Source of the DNA: a virus
Reading direction: 5' to 3' (one strand)
IMG/VR virus record: IMGVR_UViG_3300011444_000005
Coordinates: 1 to 45,718 of that record
Length of the DNA: 45,718 nt
Position numbers and translations under genes: made by a program. The first letter of the stretch is position 1. Each line of letters opens with the position of its first letter. Below, piece by piece: positions 14,977 through 23,945 of this stretch. Under the pieces are notes generated by a model. The model saw only the letters and a program-made list of their open reading frames with translations. It was not told the origin of the DNA and made no database searches.

Positions 14977-16569
14977 ATGGCCTTCAGGGGCGAAATTGCA
15001 ACGTTGCCAATCGGTCTTGATGGCTTCAATGGTTCAAAGAATGCCAGTAAGCTTAGCCCGGGCAACTTTGCGGCCACGGAAGGTGTCGACCTGGATGGCG
15101 AAGTGCTCGTCAAGGACGGCGGCGCCATTAAGCTTAACGCTGTGGCGCTGGGATCACCTAGCAAGGTTGCGGCGGGCCTTAGCTGGAGCCCGACCCCCAG
15201 CACGCCGAATGATGTGGTTTTTCTTGGTAATGGTCAGCTGCGCAAGGACACGGGCGCGGGGACATTTGCAACACTCCTAGCTACCCTGTCCGCGCCGTCG
15301 CTGTTTCCTCCCTACCTGATGCCCTGCGGCGGTGAGGCGGTTGGTTCGCCACGTCGGTTGTTCATCTTTAGTGAGTCCAACCAGGTTCAGGTGATCAATG
15401 GCACTGGCAATACGGCTGCTGCCATAAGCGGACCGCCCGCCGACTGGGCCGCAAGCTTCCCCATCTTTGGTGTGCAGCATAGCAACCGCGTCTTCGGGGG
15501 TGGGAATGCAAACGATCCACACCGCCTGTACTACAGCACGACAGCTAATCATCAGGACTTTGTGGGTGCGGGCAGTGGTACGCTGGCCATCTTTCCGGGC
15601 GAGGGTGACCAGATCGTCGGGGGCATAAGCTTCCGTGGACTGCTTGTGTTATTCAAGTACCCACAGGGTGTCTATCTGGTCGATACGCGAGATCCGACTG
15701 TGGCTAACTGGCGCGTGGATCGCCTCAATAAGGCCGTTGGGGCCGCTAGTCCTTGGTGCATCATCCAGATCAGCAATGACATCTTGATCCTTGACCCATA
15801 CGGTAACTTCCACTTGATGTCATCTGTAAACGATTTCAGTGATGTCAGCACGAGCGACATTAGCCGGAGGCAAAACATTGGCCCATTCATGCGGGCCAAT
15901 GTTGGTCTGCTTAACATGCGTAAGGCCATGGGTGCGTGGTATGCGATCAAGTCCAAGGCGTGGTTTATGGTGCCACTGGTTGGATCACCAGATAATAACC
16001 TGCGTATGATGGTCGACTTTAATGATGCACAGAAGGGCGCGCGGTTCTATTTGAGCCGCCGTGATATTGGAGACGCCCTCTGGATGCGTCCAGACAGTAG
16101 CGGTGTGCAGCGTCCGACGCTTGGTGACAATGCCGGCTTCGTGTGGCTCATGGACCAAGAGGCACAGGACAAGGCCGGCCTCGCATATGACATGATCTTC
16201 GAGACGGCTGAGGACGATTTCAGTCATGTTGATCCGCAGCTTGGGCCACGCACGAAGAACGGTCAGTTCGTTGAGATTACGAGTGATCTTGTGGCCAACG
16301 TTAGTATAACCATGACGCCGATCTGGGATGGCTTCATCGGCACTCCGTTCATATTCAATTTGGGTCAGATTGGAAATGTGCTTGACAGCTTTATACTGGA
16401 TACGGACATCTTGAGCGCAAGCGGCACTGTCACGTCACAGCATCGCCTGGAGGGCCAGGGACGGCGTCTCAAGCTTATTGTCCAGAACAGCGCTGTTGAT
16501 GAGGAGGTGCGCATCAGTGAGGTGCGTGTAGGCATCACTCCAGCTGACGAGAGGCTAAGAACGGTATGA
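14977..16569 (+). CDS. Virion structural protein (530 aa); position suggests tail tube or nozzle
   Basis: Long ORF packed tightly after the previous gene. Confidence 0.65.
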   Translation: MAFRGEIATLPIGLDGFNGSKNASKLSPGNFAATEGVDLDGEVLVKDGGAIKLNAVALGSPSKVAAGLSWSPTPSTPNDVVFLGNGQLRKDTGAGTFATLLATLSAPSLFPPYLMPCGGEAVGSPRRLFIFSESNQVQVINGTGNTAAAISGPPADWAASFPIFGVQHSNRVFGGGNANDPHRLYYSTTANHQDFVGAGSGTLAIFPGEGDQIVGGISFRGLLVLFKYPQGVYLVDTRDPTVANWRVDRLNKAVGAASPWCIIQISNDILILDPYGNFHLMSSVNDFSDVSTSDISRRQNIGPFMRANVGLLNMRKAMGAWYAIKSKAWFMVPLVGSPDNNLRMMVDFNDAQKGARFYLSRRDIGDALWMRPDSSGVQRPTLGDNAGFVWLMDQEAQDKAGLAYDMIFETAEDDFSHVDPQLGPRTKNGQFVEITSDLVANVSITMTPIWDGFIGTPFIFNLGQIGNVLDSFILDTDILSASGTVTSQHRLEGQGRRLKLIVQNSAVDEEVRISEVRVGITPADERLRTV

Positions 16570-16925
16570 GCGACACAGTCCAGCTGGCTCGGCCCGACTT
16601 TATCCTCACGAACGCGGATGGCAAGATCCTTGAGCTGTACTGCAAGGTGTGCGGCGTGGTGACGGGTACTGAAGTGGCGGGGCGCTTCCAGCGTCTTCGC
16701 AATCATGCCGAGATCAAGATGCGTTTTGAGGATGGCTCCAATCATGTGACATCGATTTGTCACGATTGTGTATCGAAGGCATACGCTAGTTCAGAGCTGA
16801 TGCAAGCTCTTCATGACGCGGATATGTACTATATGAGCTTCGCGGCCGATGTGCGTGACCTATATCTAGGGCGCACGGCGCCCCAATGTGTTGCGGTTGA
16901 GCTTAAGAGACAGGGCATCAAATGA
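16566..16925 (+). CDS. Hypothetical protein (119 aa) with CxxC...CxxC
   Basis: ATGA coupling. CKVCG and CHDC pairs suggest a zinc ribbon. Confidence 0.6.
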   Translation: MSDTVQLARPDFILTNADGKILELYCKVCGVVTGTEVAGRFQRLRNHAEIKMRFEDGSNHVTSICHDCVSKAYASSELMQALHDADMYYMSFAADVRDLYLGRTAPQCVAVELKRQGIK

Positions 16926-17941
16926 CGGTCATTAACCCACACACTACGCGCGCCCCTGGTACGGTTCTGACTGCTGCGATATATAACTTCGATCACACGA
17001 ACCATATCAGCAATGCGTCTGCCCTTAACGCTGCCAAGATAGAAGGAGCAACGCCTCCTGTTGTTGCAGGTCATGGAGTTGTGTTCGCCGATACGACTGG
17101 CGCAGCTATCGCGAGTGCGGGCTTTGCGCCTATTGGCAACTCGGCCATCAAGACGTATGTTGGTGGAACTGTGGGGGGCACAGCCAACGCGGTGACTGTA
17201 ACGGGTATGGCTCCCAGCGGCTACAGCCTTGGCAATAAGAACCTCATATCGTTTCAGCCTACCGCGTCCAATACGGGCGCCACGACGCTAAATCTTGAAA
17301 CCACTGGCGTCAATGCAGTGCTCAAGCCAAGCGGCGCGGGAATGATCGCGTTGGCAGGTGGTGAGTTTCAGAACAATGTGCCTGTCCTGCTGTATTGGGA
17401 TGGGGCTAATTACCTGATCATCGGGCCTAATATTAGTGTGGGCAAGCAGTCCTTGTGGGTCCTCGCTAGTTCGATGACTCCCATTCAGCCAAGCAAGGGC
17501 ACCCTTACGGTTGCTGGGGCATCTATCGACTATCTAGCGTATGATCCAACAGCTGTCGAGGACTCTTACTTCAGTATCGCTATGCCGAAGGGTTGGAACG
17601 AGGGAGCCCTGTCATACAAGGTCTTCTGGGCGCACCCTGCAACTACTACGAACTTTGGGGTTACGTGGGAGCTCTTTGCCACATGCTTCAGTGATAATGA
17701 GGCCATAACCGGCGCTGCACTTAGCGGCGTAGCGGTAACTGACACTGGAGGTGTAACGAGCAACTTGTATATTAGCGCTGAAACGTCGATTGGCACTCCT
17801 GGCAGCTCGCCTGCTGAGGGTGACTTAATGAACTGTGTGATGCGCAGGGTTGCTACAGATGGTGGTGACACGTTGGCTGTTGATGCGTTCCTGGCCGGCG
17901 TACTGCTTCTGTACACAACAAACAACGCGGTTGATAACTGA
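16922..17941 (+). CDS. Tail fibre / receptor-binding candidate (339 aa)
   Basis: ATGA coupling. Gly/Ala/Thr-rich, and the N-terminus resembles fibre attachment regions. Confidence 0.5.
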   Translation: MTVINPHTTRAPGTVLTAAIYNFDHTNHISNASALNAAKIEGATPPVVAGHGVVFADTTGAAIASAGFAPIGNSAIKTYVGGTVGGTANAVTVTGMAPSGYSLGNKNLISFQPTASNTGATTLNLETTGVNAVLKPSGAGMIALAGGEFQNNVPVLLYWDGANYLIIGPNISVGKQSLWVLASSMTPIQPSKGTLTVAGASIDYLAYDPTAVEDSYFSIAMPKGWNEGALSYKVFWAHPATTTNFGVTWELFATCFSDNEAITGAALSGVAVTDTGGVTSNLYISAETSIGTPGSSPAEGDLMNCVMRRVATDGGDTLAVDAFLAGVLLLYTTNNAVDN

Positions 17942-19248
17942 TGCTGTCGATAAACCGACTTGCAGGGTTTGGTGCTAAAGCTGGTCCACCGACGGCGGGC
18001 CTTCGGTTTACGAAGCAGTACACCTACACATTCCCGGCAAGTACCACCGTCACCATTACCGTTGCCGCCGTCGACCTGGCCGCTGCTGATCCGTCCAAGC
18101 AGATCCTGGTCTTCTGTCATGCATTCACTCCAACTATAACGGGGATGACTATAGATGGTGTGCAGGCTACTGAACTACTCAACCAGTCGTCGTTTACATG
18201 GGCCTATGCAGCGCCCTATGCAGGTGCCGGTCCATTTAACATCGTAATCACGGCCACTCCGTCCGGTAGCGAGGCTGGCGGCATAGAAGTTTATGAGGTT
18301 ACTGGGGCACAATCGTTGATTGAGACTGCTCGGACGCTTGGCGGTGGTACAGCGCTACCTTTCCGAGTTCCCAAAGGCGGAATGTGGGCGGGCGCAGCCC
18401 TGAGCACGGTTGATACCGGCACCTTCACATGGGTAAATGCGACTGAGAATGCGGATGCGGATGTTGGTGCGTACAGAGGTAGCTCTGCTAGCATCGTGGC
18501 TCCGGCAGCTGCCGCCACTAATGTCGCTGCAACGGTTACGGCCACGGCAGGTACGGTTAATGCTGGCGGCGTAGTCATACAGCCACAAAGTCCGAACTCC
18601 ATTGGCGGGGGCATGCGTAACAGTCCACGACTTCAGCTAGGCTCGGGTAGCACGGTCACATGGCCACTGGCCACGCCGGGGGGCGCTTCGTTATGCGACT
18701 TTACGCGCTTGGGTGCATGCAAGATGTTCGCTGTCTTTAAGGGACAGGCTGATGTGACGATCACTGGTGCTACCTTCAACGGCATAGCTATGACCAGCGT
18801 CGCCTCGATTATAAATACAACGGCTACCCCCGATCTGATCATACACATCTTCAGCTTGGATGTGAACCAGGCGTCTCCTGCGGGCAACATAGTCATTACA
18901 TGCAGCGCCTCTGTAGCCGGTGTAGGCTTCTCAGCTGAAGTATTTGCAATGTATCGTGTAGGATCGATAGGCGCTGCGCAGTCTGTATCCGGGAACGGCA
19001 CGGGGAACGCTCTTGCAGTTACGGTTGCTGAAGGCGGCTTTATACTTGCGTGTCACATTAGGGATGTAAATACACAGACCGTGTTGTGGACTGGTGCAGA
19101 TGAGCTGGCTGACCTTGACATAAATGGAGCGTTCAGAAACAGCGCAGCGCAATATCCATATGCAACCGCTGAGGTTAACCGCACTATCCAGGCGGTCGGG
19201 TCGGCCGCCGGCGAGTATGCGACGCTGGCGATCGCACTGGCGGCATAG
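17941..19248 (+). CDS. Tail fibre / tail-associated candidate (435 aa)
   Basis: TGATG junction. Ala/Gly/Thr-rich beta-type composition. Confidence 0.5.
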   Translation: MLSINRLAGFGAKAGPPTAGLRFTKQYTYTFPASTTVTITVAAVDLAAADPSKQILVFCHAFTPTITGMTIDGVQATELLNQSSFTWAYAAPYAGAGPFNIVITATPSGSEAGGIEVYEVTGAQSLIETARTLGGGTALPFRVPKGGMWAGAALSTVDTGTFTWVNATENADADVGAYRGSSASIVAPAAAATNVAATVTATAGTVNAGGVVIQPQSPNSIGGGMRNSPRLQLGSGSTVTWPLATPGGASLCDFTRLGACKMFAVFKGQADVTITGATFNGIAMTSVASIINTTATPDLIIHIFSLDVNQASPAGNIVITCSASVAGVGFSAEVFAMYRVGSIGAAQSVSGNGTGNALAVTVAEGGFILACHIRDVNTQTVLWTGADELADLDINGAFRNSAAQYPYATAEVNRTIQAVGSAAGEYATLAIALAA

Positions 19249-19256
19249 GAGGCATC

Positions 19257-19655
19257 ATGTACTACAAGGTTGCTGAGGTTGAGAATGACTTCGCTGCTGC
19301 TGCCTCGTTGCTACGTAACGAAGGATTGCCTGACCAAGAGCTTGGCTTTCCAACCATACTTGCGTTTGACGAAGAAAAATTGGTGGGTTTTATTGCCACC
19401 ACGCCCAAAGCTGATATGGTTCTGTGTGGTCCATTGGTCATGCGTAGTGGCGAGCGACATATGTTCACAGCGATCAAGTTGATCACGCTCTATGAGCAGG
19501 TTATGCTTAAGCTGGGCATCAAGTCAATCATCTTCTGGGCTGACGAGAATGACAGTATGGTGGCCAAGGGAGTGAAGCGGTGGTTCCCGAAGGCGACGCC
19601 ATATGCTAAGGTTGGCAGCAACCTGTTTTATACGTGGCATCTGAGAGGCCTATGA
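19257..19655 (+). CDS. Hypothetical protein (132 aa), weak GNAT-acetyltransferase-like pattern
   Basis: ATG with AGGAGG upstream. LVGFIA...RSGERHMFTAIKLI...IIFWADEND loosely resembles the GNAT core. Not verified. Confidence 0.3.
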   Translation: MYYKVAEVENDFAAAASLLRNEGLPDQELGFPTILAFDEEKLVGFIATTPKADMVLCGPLVMRSGERHMFTAIKLITLYEQVMLKLGIKSIIFWADENDSMVAKGVKRWFPKATPYAKVGSNLFYTWHLRGL

Positions 19656-20590
19656 TGGGCAGTAAGACAAAAGTTCCAGCCCCCTCGGCTGAGGAGAAGG
19701 CGCTTCAGAAGAACCAGGCTGATTTGTTGGCGCTTCAGACTGACATCTTGAGACAGCAGCGCGCCCAGCAGGCTGTGCTCATTCCGTTCCTCGCGGAGCA
19801 GGAGGGCTTTCAGGTCGAGACCGACTCGAACGGCAATATCACGAAGATCAGCAAGACGCCATCTGAGCTCGACAACATGAAGAAGGACCTGGAGACGAAG
19901 CTCACGCAGCGCTCGCTTGATGCGCTGGCTGGGAACCTTCCGGTTGATCCGGGCCTTGAGCGTGATCTTGGTAAGCAGGAACAGACCCTACGCGAAAAGC
20001 TGAGTGGCCAGCTGGGGCCGGGCTATGAGACGAGTAGTCCGGGCATTGAGTCGCTGAACAAGCAGGCCGAGAGTGCGGACGTGTTGCGTGCGGGGGCGCG
20101 GACGGCGCAGCTGACACTGGCTGAACAGCTTGGCATTACGCGGGAGCAGCAGAACCAGTTCAGCCAGCAGTCAAGCCAGGATATCCTGAGGCAAAGCACT
20201 ATGGGCGATCCGCTGGCTCTTGCGGGTGCGTTTGGTCAGACAGCTGGGGGCTATGGCCAGGCGCAGGCGCCTTACATTGCACAGCGTCAGCTGCAGACGC
20301 AGGCGAGCGCGTCGAACAGCAGCTCATTTGCCAGCATCTTAGGGGCGGGCATCGGTGCAGCTGGATCCATCTTCGGCAGCGCGGGCGGTTCAGCATTCCT
20401 GTTCAGCGATGAGCGCCTCAAGGGTGACGCCATTATTATCAGTGTTCGGCCTGATGGCATCCCCGTCTACGAGTATGATATGGACGGCGAACGCAGGATT
20501 GGCGTGTTCGCCAGCGATGTGGAGGCCGTACTGCCGTGGGCCGTGGGTGAGCGCATGGGCTACAAGACAGTTAATTATGAGGCACTGTGA
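19652..20590 (+). CDS. Coiled-coil tail fibre/needle protein with C-terminal S74 intramolecular chaperone (self-cleaving) domain
   Basis: C-terminal FSDERLKGDAI...GIPVYEYDMDGERRIGVFASDVEAVLPWAV...VNYEAL matches the SD-x-R-L-K ... Y-x-Y ... V-x-Y signature. ATGATG start with GAGAGG upstream. Confidence 0.7.
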   Translation: MMGSKTKVPAPSAEEKALQKNQADLLALQTDILRQQRAQQAVLIPFLAEQEGFQVETDSNGNITKISKTPSELDNMKKDLETKLTQRSLDALAGNLPVDPGLERDLGKQEQTLREKLSGQLGPGYETSSPGIESLNKQAESADVLRAGARTAQLTLAEQLGITREQQNQFSQQSSQDILRQSTMGDPLALAGAFGQTAGGYGQAQAPYIAQRQLQTQASASNSSSFASILGAGIGAAGSIFGSAGGSAFLFSDERLKGDAIIISVRPDGIPVYEYDMDGERRIGVFASDVEAVLPWAVGERMGYKTVNYEAL

Positions 20591-22530
20591 TGGCAGTCGA
20601 AGGGTTTGGAGCGCCAAGTGCACCGCTGCTTCCGACGCCTGAGCGTTATCAGGCGTTCAAGCAGCAACAGGCTCAGGTGCTTCAGCAACATAAGCAGTAC
20701 GCCGAGCAGCTGCAGGAGCGCCAGGCTCAGGTCGACGCCAAGAAGGGCGACTTGGACGTGGCGGGACGGCTGTACAAGGTCTTGGACAGTCGCATATCCA
20801 AGTCGGCACGTCAGTTCCTGACGCGTGAGCTTGCGCAGCATGTCGGTGCTGATCCAAAGTCGGATCAGTTCAAGCAGGTTAGCCAGATGTTGACGGGCCT
20901 TGATCCTGACACGATGCAGAGTTTGCGCAGTTCGTTTGGAGCTAACCTCAGCTCGATGGAGCCTGGAAAGATTAGCGAGACTGTGCGGGGCATTATGACC
21001 GGCCAGGTGCCGATGAACGACTTCATTGATCAGGTCGGGCCGGAGGCGTTCCAGACCACACAGACGAGCGGCAGTGGCGATACTGTGTCCGGCGGTGCGG
21101 GCAACGACACACTTGCAGGAGGCTCTGGCGGATCGACGACCGCCATCAAGGGCGGAGATGTCATACAGACGCCATCGGAGGGGGGTGCTGTTGAGCCTGA
21201 TAAGGCGCAGGCGCGTGTGGGCCAGGATCAGCCGGGGGCTACGGGCGCAGCCACACCTACGGCGCCGTTCCAGCCGGGGGCGCCGGGTCAGATCAGCAGC
21301 TTCGAAGGCCAGCGGACAGTTCCGTCAGCGGAACAGCAGGCTTCACCGACCATTGTCGGTGCGCTTGGCCTTGACAGCCGTGAGAGCTACCGCAACAAGG
21401 ATCTTATCCAGGGGGGCTACCGCATCCCGTTCGATCCTAAGGAACAAGATAAGGTAGCTACGGAGGTTAACACGAGGTCGAGCGGGCTGAGCAGTACGGT
21501 TAGTGAGGCTGTCAATCTTGTTGATGCGTTTGAGGGGCACCCAGAAGTGTTGGGTCCGGTTGGCTCGGCGGCGCGGACAATCCAATCGACGTTTCAGCAG
21601 GTACAGGGTCTGCTCAACGTTATCAATCCGCTTGTTAAGAATGAGACATTACCGGACTCACCACAAATTCAAAAGCTGACACGTGATGTTGGGACGCAGC
21701 TGGCTAAGACGCACGCAATTGACCAGACAGCTGAGACCGCTGCCCAGATCGATGCGAGGGTGTTAGGCCTCGCCTATCGGATGGCCATAGCGAATGACAT
21801 CCCGGGCAACAGGCTAACCAATGCTATCCTGGAACAGAACCTCAGGATGATCGGTGCGAATTCGTCGCCGACACAGTTCAAGGCAGTTCTCAGTTCGACA
21901 CTAGCGTCGACTACGCGCGAGTTCGACGATGCAATGAAGCGGACAGTCGGGACGAGCGGCCTAGACATAATGACCCGCCAGCTTAGCGACGAGGATATTA
22001 GTCGCATGGCGAAGCATGCGGATATACTGCCAGTTGACCTGGCCAAGTCGATGCTTGGTGAGGCGCAGCGGCGTAAGGCTGGCGCGGGTGCCGAGCCAGC
22101 CATGAAGCCCAGCAGCCCGACGCTTGATGAGGAGCGGCAGACGCTTGGCGGTGCGGAGATGCAGAAGAAAGGCCGTGAGATTGCTCACCAGGATCAGACC
22201 ATGCAGCTGGAGCAGTCACGGGAACAGCGGGCCGCCCGTACTGAAGAACGTCAGAATGTGCGGGAGGACCGCGTGGCCGGAGCACAAGAACAAAGCGCCG
22301 CGCTGCAGCGCGAGGAGTTCAACTACCGCAAGGCACATGACATTGCTACGCAGGAACAGCACCAACGCGACAAGATCACGGCAGCGTTTCAGGCCTTCGG
22401 CCATGCAATTGCATCAAGCAGGTCTGGAGGTAGCATTGGTGGCGGCGCGCCCAATCTTGGAGGCGGTCAGGATGTTAGCGCATTTAGGCTTACGCCCGCG
22501 CCCCAACGCGTACCTCCAAGGGTAAAGTAA
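20590..22530 (+). CDS. Internal virion / ejection protein candidate (646 aa)
   Basis: Large, low-complexity, coiled-coil rich, and located between the fibre genes and the transglycosylase. Contains one GGAGNDTLA nonapeptide. Confidence 0.5.
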   Translation: MAVEGFGAPSAPLLPTPERYQAFKQQQAQVLQQHKQYAEQLQERQAQVDAKKGDLDVAGRLYKVLDSRISKSARQFLTRELAQHVGADPKSDQFKQVSQMLTGLDPDTMQSLRSSFGANLSSMEPGKISETVRGIMTGQVPMNDFIDQVGPEAFQTTQTSGSGDTVSGGAGNDTLAGGSGGSTTAIKGGDVIQTPSEGGAVEPDKAQARVGQDQPGATGAATPTAPFQPGAPGQISSFEGQRTVPSAEQQASPTIVGALGLDSRESYRNKDLIQGGYRIPFDPKEQDKVATEVNTRSSGLSSTVSEAVNLVDAFEGHPEVLGPVGSAARTIQSTFQQVQGLLNVINPLVKNETLPDSPQIQKLTRDVGTQLAKTHAIDQTAETAAQIDARVLGLAYRMAIANDIPGNRLTNAILEQNLRMIGANSSPTQFKAVLSSTLASTTREFDDAMKRTVGTSGLDIMTRQLSDEDISRMAKHADILPVDLAKSMLGEAQRRKAGAGAEPAMKPSSPTLDEERQTLGGAEMQKKGREIAHQDQTMQLEQSREQRAARTEERQNVREDRVAGAQEQSAALQREEFNYRKAHDIATQEQHQRDKITAAFQAFGHAIASSRSGGSIGGGAPNLGGGQDVSAFRLTPAPQRVPPRVK

Positions 22531-23945
22531 TGTTGCAAGATCGCATTAGGTCTGATGTTCCAGCCATGCTGCCACAAGGCGGCCCAGTACCTGTATCCAA
22601 TCAAGATCCGCAGAGCATGGAGGAGCTCTTCCGGCCGCCCCCTGAGCCGCTTCCGACGTCACCACCTATGAAGGTTAGGGTCGCGGAAGCGGGCGGGGGC
22701 CGAAGCGATGGTGTCCAAAATTTGGACAGCTCCTCAACACCCCCCGTCCCCGAGCGGGCGCCCGGCATGAAGGCGCAAGGACTCATTAGCCCTGACGACA
22801 GCCGCTATCAGGACCCACAGAACCTGCTGGTGGGCAATGTCCTGACTGGTGGCATGCTACCTTGGATACAAGCTACAGCTGATGTGGCCAGTGGCCGTGT
22901 GCCTCAAGACAGGTTCGATGAGGCGCGCCAGGAGCACGCCCGTCGCCTGGAGGAGCTGAAGCAGCAGCATCCCGAGTTTGTCGCGGCCGCCGAGAAGGCC
23001 ATGCCATTCCTAGAGGGCCTCGGCCTTAGTGTCATGAAGCCTGCCAGTACGGTCGCTGGCACGATGGCTCGCGGCGCGGCTGCGGCACTGCCACAGGGCG
23101 TGGCCCACGGATACTCTAGCGGCCCGATCGAGGAGCCAAGTGCAAGCGGCGAACGCACCGGGCGCGCCGTTGGCCAGGGGGCCATCGACGCCAGCATTGG
23201 GGCTGCGGGCGCCAGCGTTCCAGCCATCGTCAGCGGAGCCCGGAGCCTAATTGGCAAAACCACTACCTTTGTGGCTGAGCGTGCCGCGCAGCGGACGGCC
23301 GATGCGGAGGCCCGCCGTAGTGCGGCGGCTGCTGAGTCAGCTGCCCAAGCTAAAATCGACAAGAAGACGGCGTCGACCCAGAAGGCCCAAACCACCAAGC
23401 TCAAGAAGAAGCAAGACATTGAGTTTAAGGCCAATCAGGAGGCGGAGAACAAGCAGCTGATGGCTGATTATCAGCGTTACACGGCGCAGCCGCAGGCCCC
23501 AGCCCCTGACTGGGAGGCCAACCGTAAGCTACTCATGCAAGATCCTGTTGGCATGTTCAACAAAGCCGCCGAAGGCGGTTGGGGCTTGGAGGGACTGGCC
23601 CGAGGTGTCAATATGAGCCCCGCAGCGGTGTACAACCGCATGACAGGTGTTAAGATCAAGTATGACACAGCTCAGCAGGAACAGCTGTATCGTGAGGGCG
23701 CGCAACTAGCTGACACAATAACCCTATTTAAGAAGCGAGGCCTCAGTGTTGGATCAGCTCCTGGAACAAACGCAGGAAACGCAGGGGGGACCGCAGCCCC
23801 CCCAGCCGGTGGCTCCAGCACCGACACCCCTGCCGGGAACGCAGCCAGCGACGCCGCCACTGCCAAGCCCAAACCCAAGCCGCGCGCCAAGCCCGCCGCC
23901 AAGCCCCGAGCCAAGCGTAAGCCCCCAGCCGGAGCCGCCGACTGA
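22530..23945 (+). CDS. Internal virion / ejection protein candidate (471 aa)
   Basis: TAATG junction. Ala/Pro/Lys-rich C-terminus. Contains copy 2 of the 19-bp palindrome. Confidence 0.5.
   Translation: MLQDRIRSDVPAMLPQGGPVPVSNQDPQSMEELFRPPPEPLPTSPPMKVRVAEAGGGRSDGVQNLDSSSTPPVPERAPGMKAQGLISPDDSRYQDPQNLLVGNVLTGGMLPWIQATADVASGRVPQDRFDEARQEHARRLEELKQQHPEFVAAAEKAMPFLEGLGLSVMKPASTVAGTMARGAAAALPQGVAHGYSSGPIEEPSASGERTGRAVGQGAIDASIGAAGASVPAIVSGARSLIGKTTTFVAERAAQRTADAEARRSAAAAESAAQAKIDKKTASTQKAQTTKLKKKQDIEFKANQEAENKQLMADYQRYTAQPQAPAPDWEANRKLLMQDPVGMFNKAAEGGWGLEGLARGVNMSPAAVYNRMTGVKIKYDTAQQEQLYREGAQLADTITLFKKRGLSVGSAPGTNAGNAGGTAAPPAGGSSTDTPAGNAASDAATAKPKPKPRAKPAAKPRAKRKPPAGAAD
22711..22728. promoter_or_regulatory. 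Palindrome GTGTCCAAAATTTGGACA(g) (copy 2 of 4, intragenic)
   Basis: 18 of 19 positions identical to copy 1. Encodes VQNLD. Confidence 0.5.

Noticed and set aside
21091-21130. RTX-type calcium-binding repeats in the 646-aa ejection protein (GGAGNDTLAGGSGG).
   Set aside because: Only one nonapeptide matches GGxGxDxLx. The neighbouring units are partial, which is too little to call an RTX domain.
23746-23945. Classical -1 programmed frameshift joining the two ejection-protein ORFs.
   Set aside because: The downstream frame is +1 relative to the upstream one, not -1, and I see no slippery heptamer. The observation is kept only as an overlap / +1 recoding / indel question in the findings.
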